Shown: piece after piece, positions 48,814 through 61,319 of the stretch
Numbering within the stretch: the first letter of the stretch is position 1
Layout: the number at the start of each line of letters is the position of its first letter
Assembly (NCBI RefSeq): GCF_048593235.1
Contig: NC_133619.1
Location: 73,794,454 to 73,858,453, forward strand
Origin: Sminthopsis crassicaudata
Lineage: Eukaryota
DNA: 64,000 nt
Direction: 5' to 3'
Translations under genes and position numbers: made by a program
Notes under the pieces: model-generated
Seen by the model: only the letters and a program-made list of their open reading frames with translations
What the model was told of the DNA's origin: nothing
Database searches by the model: none

Positions 48814-51071
48814 TAGTTGAAAATTACATTAAAATATAACTAATTACATTTTTTCTTAACATACAGTTAACAAGTTCTTTGATTAAGTCTATTATAAGCC
48901 AATAAGTGGCAGAATTGTGTTGAAATTCACCCATTTCATGGTGTCTATCAAAAATAATCAATAAGTAATGATACTGTTGAGAGTATAAAAGAGGAAAAAA
49001 AAAAACCTATGTTGAAGCCTAGACATCATACAGACCAGCAGCCTTCTTAATGTATACCAATTAGCCCTGACCCAACTTTCTCTTCGCCCTGCACAAGAGG
49101 TTTAGGGTCCAACAATAAACATTAATTTCACAATACTGCAGCAAAAAAGTAAGACTGGTGAGGAAACAATTGCAAAAAAGAGAGTTAAAATGTCATAGCA
49201 ACCACAGTCCTAGATTTTCTTTTCACATATACAACTCTCTCTTTTCTCTTTTCTTACTGCCACATTTAAAGTATGTTACTTTAAAAAAAAAAAAAAAAAG
49301 ATCAGGTAAACAGTCTTAATCTGTGGGAAAGCTACATGTTTAAAGTGAGCTTAAACTGAATATTAAATTTGAAGAATTATGTAAATCATAGGATTTTCCA
49401 AAATGAAAGTCTTTTTATATTTTAAGCATTCAAACGGTCTTCTGTAGTTTTTATGCCAATTCTTGTGGATACCAAAAGAAGTTGCCAAGTAGACATTATA
49501 TTATGTAGGCTTTCCATAGAACAAAGCTGTTTCACTATTTTAAATAAAAATTAAGAGGGCTTAAAAGGTATATATTTAGAGCAGTGAGAAGCTGCCCAAA
49601 GCAAACACCAGAGAAATTCTCTTAAGGGAGGAAAACATCTCTGTTACCATTCTAAACTAGGAAAGCAAAAGGAAAAAAAAAAATCCACCCCCAAAAACCT
49701 GATTGGAAGAAAAAGCAGACCTTTAATTCCCACTAACTTTCTATTTAAGAATTCCCATACTTAGTCACGGCTTTTCGAAATAGATTCTTATAAAAGTTGA
49801 ATTTAAATTATGAATAGGAGTAGGCGCTTAAGTGTGAATCAAAGACAGATCTGGAAATCTGGGGCAACTCAATCTTTGACTCAAGTCACTTAGCAAAAGA
49901 AATAAAAACAAAGAAACAGAATTATCAACTGCGTGATGCAGTTAGCAATGTATGTTCACTGGGTTTGCTTCTGCTGCAAGTGTTTGTTGTGTTGTTGGTA
50001 ATCTAATTACTTGAACGCCCAACACTGCTTATTGGGCTTTGTCCATAGCATATTGCTTTGCAGATACTTACTACTATTAATGATGGTGTTGTTGAAGGCA
50101 ATGATAGCAGAAGTGATCTTTTATTTAAAAAAAAAAATCATCCCTCAATGTTAGAGAAACCCATAATAACTTAAAGCTGGAATGTACTTCAAAATAAATT
50201 TAATATGATCAGAAATCTAGAGCTGCAAAGGAGCTCAGAGGCTATCTCTAGTCCAAACTCCTCTCAATCTTTTCATTTTAGGGATAATCAATAGCTCCAG
50301 AGGCAAAGCCATTTTTGAGCCCATATTTTTGACTCTCAGGGATCAATGTTCTTTTCCTTACATTCTTTATTTCAGAAATGAAAAGTAATGATTTTTAGTC
50401 CTAGTTATTATCTATTTTCTGGGTGTGTTTATCTTAACTATAACATATAGATAAGCTTCAAATATAACTGCACATTTTTTGGTTTCAATTCACATAATAG
50501 GGATTGGAAATGAACTTAAAAGATATTTGACAACATAAAGTTCTGTTGCTATTAACATTAATAAATTTGGTTATACAGTTTATCTATTACATTATGAGAT
50601 GATTTAAAATAACGTAATTTTAAGTACTTTAAACATCTATATACAATTGGGGCATTATATATAGACACATATACATAGATACATAGATATAGATATGTAT
50701 GTATATTACATAATATATAGTCATATATAACACATCTAGATTTATGTATTTTTGTATATCTCTCTATTTAGACATATGGACATATATACATATTTACATA
50801 TATGTTTCTACATAGAGATATGTCTACTTCCCTAAAAATTCAATTCTAATTTTAATTTGAATAAGATAGGTTAATGCATATTTGGATATATGAATGTATA
50901 TACATACATATATATCGACATATATATGTATATCTAGAATATGCATATTTGTATGTACATATGTCTAAATATATGTATATTTAGTTATATTTAAAAATTT
51001 GCATATATAAAAATCTATCAATATTTCTAGGCCTTTGTAAGAGATATATACCTGTATTTATTTATAAAATT

Positions 51072-51292
51072 ATCACAGCTAAATGGTACAATGGATAGAG
51101 AGCTGGACCTGAAGTCCAGAAAGACCTGAATTCAAAAATGACTTGAGACACTTAATAGCTGTATGACCCTGCACAAGTCATTCAAACTCTGTTTGCCTCC
51201 TTTTCCCCATCTGTAAAATGAACTGGAAAAGAAAATGTCAAACTATTCCAGTCTCCATACAAGGTCATAAAGAGACAAACACAACTTAACAA
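51072..51292 (+). mobile_element. Mar1-type CORE SINE
   Basis: ggtacaatggatagagagctggacctgaagtc...aagacctgaattcaaa...ctggaaaagaaaatgtcaaactattccagt. Confidence 0.85.
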
Positions 51293-53320
51293 CATATGCC
51301 AGACACCATGCTAAGTGATTTATAAACATTTTCTCTTTTCTCTTAAAATTCTTTGGAGATCTTGGTATAAAATAATGTTTAACTTTGAACAGTTACTGAA
51401 TAGCAAAAACCCACATAGTTCTAAGGAGATGTTTAACTGTTTAAGGAAGTTTTATTGTATCCATCTCCACTATCATTTAAATAGCGCATAAAAAGCAACA
51501 GAAAATTACTGACCCTAGAAATAGAAGTCCAATTACTGAGCATATGTTAAATTTATAATATGATCCATTTACATCCATCTATGAAACATCTTCCAGGTCA
51601 TTGCTTTTTTGTTTGTTTGTCCTATGCTTCCTAGGATGGCCTGTGTTCATAATCTTGCCTTGTAATTTATTTCCATAGTTTCTGCTTTGTCCTTGTTTAT
51701 AATGTTCCCTGACCCCTGCCCTGCCTCCATAGTCAGGGCCATGATTTTCTGTTCAAATTATCTCCAGTCTGTTTGTGTTACTCTTTTATCCTTCATTTTC
51801 TTCAGACATTCCTCTCCTCTGTTGTCACATCTGAGGCCCCTCTTGGTGAATGGCACACAAGGATGATTCTGGTCAGGCAGATGGTGCCCATCATTTTTAC
51901 TGGGAAGTTAGTGAATAGCAAGTCTACTCACCATTCTTATTCACTAAGTTCTATAAATGGACTGCCTAAAAAATGAGAAAGTTGGAAATGGCAATAAGGT
52001 GCTGTATTTAAAATGCAGGGCTGGGCAGGGCAGGACAGCACAGACTTCAAGTAATCCTACTTTCCTAAAGATATGATTCTAATTCTATTTTGAATTAGGT
52101 TAATGCACAAAAGTGATTTCTGTAATCAAGAAATCTGAGTTCTGTATTTAAAAGTCCTCTTTTGATCCCATTTTCAAGGCTATGGAGAGAAGTTGTATTA
52201 TGAATATAATCTGATGTTATCTTTAAAAGGCACTGGGTACCAGCTGATACCCCCACAAACATTGGGAAGCCTCCTTGATTTTCCCTCCCTGTGAATCTAG
52301 AAAAGGCTAGATTGTTATCCCTCCCCTTGCAGCTGGAACCGGAGGCTGATCCCTTGTACTGGTTCTTTTGTGGACAGGAGATTAAAAAGGGTAATAAGGG
52401 ACAGACAGAAAGACTGATAGTCTTTGATGAAAAGGAAAAGAGATGAGGGGAGGTGCTGTCAAATCGATCTGACACTCTGTTCCTGACCTAGAGAGCATTA
52501 AGTATTTTAGAAGCTACTCCAAGGAAACAAGTAAGCCTGCCTTAGTTACAAACACAAAATGGTCTTTAAAGACCCAACTAATAAATATTTGGCTACAGAT
52601 CATGAATAGTTGATTAAGGAAATCTAGCTGCTATATCTATTATTTTGTAATTTTTAGATAGTATCATCTGCTCTTAAAATAAAATAAAAAAAGATGCTCA
52701 TTATGCAATGAGTTTTGGATCATTTTAAAATCATGGTTAAAAATAAAACTGATTAAATTAGGTTTGTGTTCTCAGAAGATGTATATAATTATCTTTTTAG
52801 ATGTCTTATTGGACTATATATGTGATTACATATATATATATATGTACATATGTGTATAAGACACACACACATAGATGTATGCATATAATTTAAAGCAGTG
52901 AGTCCACTTTCCTCATTACTTCTAATAAGACTAGGCACAATGACCTTATTAAGAGAAAATAAATGAAGGTAGGCAACAAATGCTAAAGACAAGGTCATAA
53001 ATGTTAATTGTATATCCTCATTTATTAATATCACTACTGTTATTAATATCACTAACCATTCTGCTAGAAATCTGTAATCATTGTATAATTTCCCTTCTTT
53101 TTTTTTTTCTGTTCTCTGTATGTAAAGAATTAAGATTATCTAAGTAAGAAAGGGTCACTATAATACACCAGTGGAGGCTGCTTAATAATATTCATTGTTT
53201 CCTTTTCAAAAGATGCTTTATCCATCATTTTAGTGTAGAGTTGTTTTGTTGGGTTTTTTTTGTTGTTGTTTTTGAGAAAGTTAACTATTTGGAAAATGGA
53301 AATCTCTTACCCAAATCCAA

Positions 53321-53408
53321 ATATACACACACACATACACATATATACACATGTGTGTATATACACATACATGTGTATATATGTGTGTGTATATATACAT
53401 ACATGTAT
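53321..53408. repeat. 88-bp uninterrupted alternating purine-pyrimidine tract
   Basis: Mixed AT/AC/GT dinucleotides with strict R-Y alternation. Confidence 0.9.
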
Positions 53409-55009
53409 TAGGAAACAAAGCTTCATTAGTTTTTGGTAAATGACATAGAAAATACTTTAAAAAAAACAAAACAAAACAAAATAACCTAGTACTTTTCATC
53501 TATTTATCATAGACAGATGCTTACTATGGGTCCAATATAATGACTAGTTCCCAAAAGCCTATAATTATAATAATTGGGGTCATGTGACCTATCAGCATGC
53601 TCCAGCTTAAAAAGCAGATGGCTAAACATTAGCATTTGAATCAGCTCAGGGAGGGACTTTTAGTGAAAAGAGCTAAGGAATAAGTATAGCAGAAAGCAGT
53701 GGATGCAGTATCTCAATCAATTTCAAGTAGTTGTTTAATTTCCTTCTAATAACCTTTCTAATGATCTTCTTTGTTTTCCTCCAGTACAGCAGACAGCCAA
53801 TCTACTTTCAGATCTGGTTAGCCCTACCCCTTTAATTTTACCCAGCATCTATTTTACTTAGAGGTTAAGGGGAAAGTGAAGATAAAAAGCATTTTATTCT
53901 CATCTTTCCCAGTTTATCCCCAAACTGAAATTGTCTTCCCTCTGGGAAATACTGATAGCCTATAGACTTAAAAAACACTGAATTGGCTTTTCTTGAGCAT
54001 GAATGGTTTTATTTATTTTATTAGAGAAGGCGGCCATCTCTTCCATTCCATAGTAGTTTTCTCTATTTGTGAATTATCCGGTTGGGAACTTGAATGAAAA
54101 CTGACAGTTACTGAAAGTCTAAAATTTCATCCTATAGCTTCTCATTGCAGACTAGATATGCTCTTAAGCAATTCAATATGACAATCAGTTTGATAACTCT
54201 GGAAACCTAAAGAAAATTCACACAGCTATGAGATCATTCAACTGAAAAGTTAAATGTCAGCTGGATATTTCCAACTTTTTTTTTCTCCCTCCTTAGTAGA
54301 GAATAAGAGACTCACAGAGAAAATATTCTCAAGGATAGGGCTAAGGAGTACTTCCCCTTCCTTTTTTGGAAATTTACTAATAAAGGAATCTCCTTTTGTA
54401 CCCTGGGATAAGGTGAACTATACTCCTCTCTACCCACCACAGTAGAGAGATTGGCTTCCTTGATTCACTATGCTGTCTTCCTTAAGTTGTTTCCCTCTCT
54501 GAAATACCTTCTACTTTCCCCATCACCTGTCCAAATACTATCCAATCAATGCAGTCCAGCTAGTCTTACCTTTTCCATTAAGTCTTCTTTTGCCTTCTTT
54601 TCTCTGAAAGTAGGTGGCTTTTGTTGCTCTGTGACACATAGGTTAGTCTTTGATTAGATGCATACATTTTATGTGGAGATTTTGCTATAATCTTTTCTCC
54701 ACAATTCTCATAGAAACAATAGACCAAACTTCTATTTCTATAGCTTCCACAAAGTTTATTGGGAAAAGAAAAGAAAAAAAAACATTAAAAATAACCTAGA
54801 AATAATTTTAAATGTAATCCCCAACTTCTATTCCCTTGGTGGTGGTGGTGGGGAAATCCTTAAGTGAACAATGAATGAGCCTTACAAAATTTTTTTTATC
54901 AAAAAACATCTTACCCAGACAAAAATGGATTGTAACTTTAGAAGGGAGAAGACTTAGCCCTAATGACATGCTTTTTTTGCATGGTCAGAGGTTACTAGAG
55001 ATCATCTAT

Positions 55010-55435
55010 TTCTACTGCCCAGTTAATAAATAAAGCAACTAATTAAATAAATAAATTATTCATATTCACCTTGGTTCTAACATCTGCTCAAGTTATCATC
55101 TGTTTACTTTCTCAGACAAAATTTTAGAAAGAAAGCTGTCTATACTTTTCTTCCACCTCTCCTCTTTCTTCTCAACTTTCTGCAGTGTAGCTTCCATTTT
55201 CATTATTCAACTGAAATTTCACTCTCTAAAATTAGTGATCTTGTTATTGACAAGTCTATGAATGCAATGTCTTTTTCCATCCTCATCCTTTTTGAACTTT
55301 CTGCTACTTTTGACTATCTTTCTGGATACCATCTCCATTAGATTATAAGTTCCTTGAAGCCAGGGACTGTCTTTTTGTGTCCTCAGCTTTTATCATAGAA
55401 CCTGGCATATACTAGGTACTTAATAAATGTGATTG
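55010..55435 (+). mobile_element. L2 relic
   Basis: attcaactgaaatttcactctctaaaattagtgatctt; attagattataagttccttgaagccagggactgtcttttt...gaacctggcatatactaggtacttaataaatg. Confidence 0.8.
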
Positions 55436-55584
55436 ATTTCTTTGTTAATGTTGATGACACCCACCTTGACTTGATTCTTAACTTCTTGGAAGTTTTTTTT
55501 TTTTTTTCATTTCTTTTAAAATTGAAATAAAGGAGACCTGCTGATTTACTTTTCTGTCCATTAATACCTGAATAAGCACAGAAG

Positions 55585-55860
55585 TAAGACAATGGGTAGG
55601 AATTACTAGCAAGCAGATTTCAACTCAATATAAGGAATAATTTCCCAAGCCATTAAAACTACCCAAAGAAAAGATCAAAGGAACAGAGCTAGAAATTAAA
55701 AACAAAACAAAAAAAAATTTCAAGGGGTCTAGTTCAACCCCATTATTTATAGATAAGGAAACTGAGACCCATAGAGGTCAAGTGACTAGAGCAAGATCCC
55801 ATAGATAGTATGTAGAAGAGCCAAGATTAAGTTCTTTGATTGTTAAATGCAGGACACTTT
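55585..55860. mobile_element. CR1/L3 fragment (+) abutting MIR (-)
   Basis: gcagatttcaactcaatataaggaataatttccc (CR1); tagttcaaccccattatttatagataaggaaactgagacccatagaggtcaagtgact (MIR). Confidence 0.75.
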
Positions 55861-56354
55861 CCATTTGTGCCTATCTACCTTCCAAATTTGCAGAGGAGCT
55901 TGGGATAAGGGGGTGAATGAACCCCATATCACTAATTTTCAAGACAAGACTAAATGATTATGTTAAAAGAACAATTACAGTCAGGGCTGAACTCTTACTC
56001 CCTTCCATTCTAATTTTAAGATTTTGTGAAATACAAGAATAGAAAGTTTTACTAAAAGCAATAGTTCCTATTTAGTGTTTTGAGTCCCTTTTGGAAATTT
56101 GCAAATTCCTAAAATGGTTTAAAGGGGTTTCAATTGAAAAAAAAAATTAATAGCACTTCAAGCAGTAAAGTAATTGCAGAACATTATGAACAGTCTATTA
56201 AATTACTCTTGGATTCAGAATATGTTTTTGTTATTGTTGTTGGAAGTTGTTTATAGAACAAAAAAAATTTAGAAACCACTGTATTAAAGCATGCTGTAAC
56301 TTAATTGCACAAACAAATGAGTAACTGACATTGAAATAGCTCTTTAATGTTGGC

Positions 56355-56550
56355 AAAATGCTTTTCTATAGCACAATCTTATTTAATCTTCCTAAGAACT
56401 CCCTGAAGGAGATATGAGCTGTCAGTCTTTTTCCATATGAGTAGTTTCAGAGAGATTGGACATGTTGTACAAGGCTGAGGTGGTAGAGATGGGATATTTA
56501 AATTTAGTTCTTCTTAACTCCAAGCTCTACATCCTATCTACCATGCAACA
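56355..56550 (-). mobile_element. MIR fragment
   Basis: atcttatttaatcttcctaagaactccctgaagg...ctccaagctctacatcctatctaccatgc. Confidence 0.55.
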
Positions 56551-57487
56551 CTATCTATATTTTTAAATAGGAAAAGGTCATTTCTGCCTGCCTGTATTCA
56601 TTCATTTAATAAATATTTATTGAATATCTATGTTCTAGTCATTATAGATGACTATAACCAAAAATCTGGCTCCTTCCTTTTAGGAACTTTCCAATATGAA
56701 CCAATGCAGCAGGATGAAAATGGTTTGAAGAAATTGAAGTCATTCTATTGTATTCTATAGGAATCACATATCACCATGCAGCTATAATGAATTGAAATGG
56801 AACAGAAAATCATTAGCTAGGCTCCACTGTACAGCATCTGAAAATAACACAGCAGTATTGATGTGTAGTCACACATTTTTCCTTTTCAGCATTTTAATTT
56901 AGCTCGCATGACTGTCTCACATATGGTAGCATGCTAATAGGAGACAAAGATTTACTTCTTGATCTCTGAAGCAATGAGGCAGCTAGTAAATCCCAAGGTG
57001 GGAAATTGCCTCCAAGGTATTCTCACTATGAAATTACTACTAGGAGTGATTGTATTTGTTCTCTATTCTTTAAGAAATGAGAAAATGAACACAAAAATTA
57101 GGGGAAATTAGGAATTCCCTATAAAGAGAGTAAATATGTTTCTTGTTCCTGAAAGGTTATCTGTAAAGTTAGATATTCTCAATTCTGAATGCAATTTCCA
57201 TAACAATGTTTTTAAATTCAAGATGTTTTCATTCTTAAGGAGAGAGACAAGTAAAATACATAATAAAAATAGGGCAAGGTCAGAATCAGAAAGGAGGGAA
57301 GATTTGTTTTTTTTCTCTCACTCTCAATTATCTCCTCCACTCCATTTTTCTATCATTGTTTTTGCATCCTGTCCCCTTATTTGTGGTCTTGATAGCTCTC
57401 TTCAATCAATGGAATTCTAAGGCTGGAATTTTTTTTTTTAATATGGGAGTCTATGAACTTATTTCTTTAAATATGTATTAGTTATGA

Positions 57488-57960
57488 AGAAAGACACTAT
57501 TTGCATTCAGAGAAAGAACTGATAAATAAGGGACAACTAGATGGTGCAATGATTAGAGCACCAGCTCTAAAGAAAGTCAAGAGGAACTGAGTTCAAATTT
57601 GCCCACAGACTCTTAAAAATCTGATTAGCTGTGTGACCCTAAGCAAGGCACTTATCCCAGTTTCCTCACTAAAAAATAGAAGTGAAAAAAGGAGTATGTA
57701 TAGACTAATTTTATTTTAATAATTTTTTGACTNNNNNNNNNNNNNNNNNNNNNNNNNNNNNNNNNNNNNNNNNNNNNNNNNNNNNNNNNNNNNNNNNNNN
57801 NNNNNNNNNNNNNNNNNNNNNNNNNNNNNNNNNNNNNNNNNNNNNNNNNNNNNNNNNNNNNNNNNNNNNNNNNNNNNNNNNNNNNCCTTTTTGTGTCTTA
57901 ATGGTAGCCATTTTGGGGTAGGGGGAAGAAAAAAGAAAAAAAATGATTAGATTTAGAATA
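57488..57960 (+). mobile_element. L1 3' UTR relic interrupted by a CORE SINE (57530-57680) and a gap
   Basis: aagacactatttgcattcagagaaagaactgat (L1 UTR); ggacaactagatggtgcaatg..agagcaccagct (SINE head). Confidence 0.6.
57733..57886. other. Assembly gap (154 N)
   Basis: N run. Confidence 0.99.
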
Positions 57961-58224
57961 TATCCTAATAAGATTACAATGAAAATTTCTATATCTAAAA
58001 ATCTTTCCAAGCCCCAAATGATGACACATTTATTTCAAACAATATTTTACACGATGCATTTATAAAACAAGCAAAAGCATTAGGAAAGTCCATTGAAGTT
58101 CACTGAAATACAATCTGACATATAGTTTTTTGACATAATAAGGTTGGAGAACATAGAGGTAAAATGCATTGTTACATTTTTTATTCTAAAAATAATTTTG
58201 ACCACTTAGGTCAAATGTGTTCTC

Positions 58225-58420
58225 TTAAGAAAATATGGTATATGAGAAAGAGCAACATAGAAAGTCCAAAGCTTTTTATTCTAAATGTCAATTCAGCTAC
58301 TAACTAGTCCTGTGACTCTCCCTGAAAGGCAATTCACTTATCTAGACCTCAAATGTGAAATGAAAAGAATGTATTTGATGGTCTCTATGATTACTTCCAA
58401 TTCCAGCAGTCTAGGATTCC
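58225..58420 (+). mobile_element. MIR3-type SINE
   Basis: tagacctcaaatgtgaaatga...gatggtctctatgattacttccaattccagcagtctaggattc. Confidence 0.65.
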
Positions 58421-58491
58421 AGGTAAAATTTAGGGCACTCATATTCATTTCATTTTCTTCTAACCTGTTTGAGGTGATGATTCCCTAGTCA

Positions 58492-58637
58492 TTTTTTTCC
58501 CCCTGAGGCAATTGGGGTTAAGTGACTTGCCAAGGATCACACAGCTAGGAAAAGTTAAGTGCCTGAGGTCACACTTGAATTCAGGTCCTCCTGACTTCAG
58601 AGCTGGTGCTCTATCCACTGTGCAACCTATCTACCCC
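58492..58637 (-). mobile_element. WSINE1-like SINE
   Basis: T tail, then gaggcaattggggttaagtgacttgccaaggatcacacagctagg...ggtgctctatccactgtgcaacct. Confidence 0.92.
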
Positions 58638-58796
58638 TGCTTTCTCAGTCTTTAAGTAGAAAACCTAAAAAATTCCAGAGATGTATTGAAACTTGGCTGC
58701 TTTAATGTGATGGAATGAAATATCTTTATATTTACATTATCTAAAAACTGGCATTTGATAATCATCCAGGAAAGGTGGAGACCTAATAATGCCTTG

Positions 58797-58823
58797 ATGA
58801 ACAAAATGAACAAAATGAACAAA
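58797..58823. repeat. (atgaacaaa)3 tandem repeat
   Basis: Directly visible. Confidence 0.9.
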
Positions 58824-59359
58824 AGCACCTGTAGATTTTTCAGACTTCAAACAACTGGATTTTTAAAAAATACAAAAGAACAGAGGAAAAGCAATTTAAG
58901 CTAAATAATACCCTTTAATGCTTGATTACTCTTAAATTGAATAATAGGGGATAAAACCTGAACCAAAGCTTACTGACTTAATGGTCTGAAAAACTAAATG
59001 GCATCTCAACTAACATCTTTTGCAAGATTTAATAACAGGATATGATTACTGAAGAAATATAATGTTAGTTCTTTAAAAACAACATCAACTTATCCCCCAA
59101 AGCAATGAGGTAAACTAGTGCTTTGTACTCAAACAAATCAACAAACAAAAGATTGAGCAACAAAAATATATAAGGGTCACTTAAAAGAAATAAGATATTT
59201 AGCTCAGAAAACATAAGAGAAGGGCAAAATAGCTTTCTTTGATTGTTTGAAAGAACAATATGGAAGAAGGAGCTCGCTTTTTCTGTTTGGCTTTTAAATC
59301 TAAGAATAGGAGCAAAAGAGAAAAGTTAGATGATTAATATGGAAAAATATTCTAATCAT

Positions 59360-59700
59360 TGATTGTACCCCTGTGTTCTGGAATGCACTCTTTCCTGGTC
59401 TCTACCTTTTAGGCTTCTTAGCTTACTTTAAGGCCCAGCTCAAGTGCCAATTTCTACATGAGGCCTTGTCTGAATTCCCTTATTGTTAAGATCTTCATTC
59501 CATACTCCTCCTCCCCTTACTACTTTGTAACCATTTTTTATTTATTTTTAAGTTTATTTAAAATTTTTCTTCTCATTAGAACTTAATCTTCTTGAAAACA
59601 TGCTGTTTTTGTTTCTTCTCCACAATTAACAGCATCTATCAGTGTTTGGTGCACAGGAGGTATTTAATGAATATTTGTTCAAAGGAAGATTAGATAGATA
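59360..59700 (+). mobile_element. L2 3' relic
   Basis: tctggaatgcactctttcc...ttcttagcttactttaaggcccagctcaagtgccaatttctacatgaggccttgtctga. Confidence 0.8.
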
Positions 59701-61094
59701 ATTCTGTCCAAAATAGGCTAAATCCAGAAGTAATGTGCTCCTTCTAATTGGTGTTCTTTAAGAAAGATTGAATGAATTTTTTTTTTGCAAGAGGTATAAT
59801 GATTGGATCAGATGGTCTCTGAGAGCTCTAACTCTGAGACTTTGATTTTAATTTACAGTGGTAGATAGAATATGCCAGTGAAATCACTGAATTTGCATTT
59901 GAATTTGCACTGAATTTGTATTAAATATTCCATTTACAAAGTTAACATTAACAAGTTAACAATTAAGAAAACCCCCCACTAATTTTCACTGGCATAAAGC
60001 TTCTGAAAACCACTTTGATTTTTACAATGAATATTTGGCACAAAGTATGTCCTTTGCTTTTGAACACAATGTAAACTTACCCAGAGAAAAACAATGAGGT
60101 AATTACCTATGCAATTTTGGCTTTTTCTCTATTTTATTTCAATTTCTAAAATAATCCTTTTTATGCTCTTAAATTCATTTTATGCATTCCATTGCTAACT
60201 AGGAAGTTTTGTCTGAAAATTTTCCCAAGTTACTATATTTGGTTTTCCCATGAAAGTCATATTCCATGGAACTCAGCCCATACAGGTAATAGCTTCCATT
60301 ATCTAAATGTGACATGCAATAATTATCTCAGGTTTCTAGGAAAGAGTTCTAGTATAGAGTTGATATGTCTGGAAATGATAATATCTTCTAGGTATTTAAG
60401 TGTACAACATTTTAAAGAATATAGATTGCTATTGACCTATATTGGTAGAAGGAGTAAAACCACAGGTCTGGACAAACTAAATTAATATAAATAGCAAAGT
60501 TGTCTCTAAACTTGTATAATAGTTTTGCATTTTATCATTTTTCTAGCTTTGCTCCAGGACCAGTGAATTTCATTAACTTTACAATTCTACCTTAGCCTTC
60601 TTAATTAACTTTCATGGTTTTCCAGTCTTTGGACTAAAAATATTCTTAGAGTTTGTTTTTTTCTTAGTGGCAGGTTTTTTAAAAAAATGTAAAAGAATAT
60701 AATGAAGGAAGATGATATTGAGAAAGACATGGTTTACATATCAATTTGCTTTTATCTCAAATAATACTCCTCCCTTGCTGATACTCTAGTTTGGTACTCT
60801 AGTTTTGGGGTAGTATGTTGCATATTTGTATGCCATATTCCCTTTTCCAACTCATTACCTTGTTAAATTTCAAAGTTCTGTAGGGCAAGGACTATGTCTT
60901 ATTTGCATTGGTATATAAATGTTTAATAAACAGACAGTGATTAAAGGATGAAGGCATTGAAACAGCCATGAATGCTTTATACTTGAATAGAAATGATATG
61001 CTTGCTCTATTGTATTTTAGCTCTTTAGCTTTAATATTCTTTTCTGGAATATATGCAAAATGATGCTACTAATCCTTTAGGAAAGGAGAAGGGA

Positions 61095-61270
61095 ACAAGT
61101 TGTTATTAAAGGTTCACCATATACCGAGAACTCTGCTAAATACCTTACAAATATTATTTTACTTGATTCCCACAGCTGTTAAAAGTAGATGCTATCATAT
61201 CCCCATTTTACAGGTTATAAAACTAAGGCTAAGGTTAAATTACTTGTCTAGGATCACATAACTCTTAAAT
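61095..61270 (-). mobile_element. MIR
   Basis: gtagatgctatcatatccccattttacaggttataaaactaaggctaaggttaaattacttgtctaggatcacat. Confidence 0.75.
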
Positions 61271-61319
61271 GGTAGAACTCTTTTGAAAGGATTTTCTTGA
61301 TATTTTTTGTTTTTACCTC

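Noticed and set aside
52095-52475. 126-aa minus-strand ORF, the longest non-repeat ORF
   Set aside because: No recognisable domain; explained by locally higher GC lowering stop frequency.
42108-58010. ORFs containing X runs
   Set aside because: Artefacts of translating N gaps.
59708-59717. CArG box CCAAAATAGG
   Set aside because: Several such matches are expected by chance in AT-rich DNA of this length.
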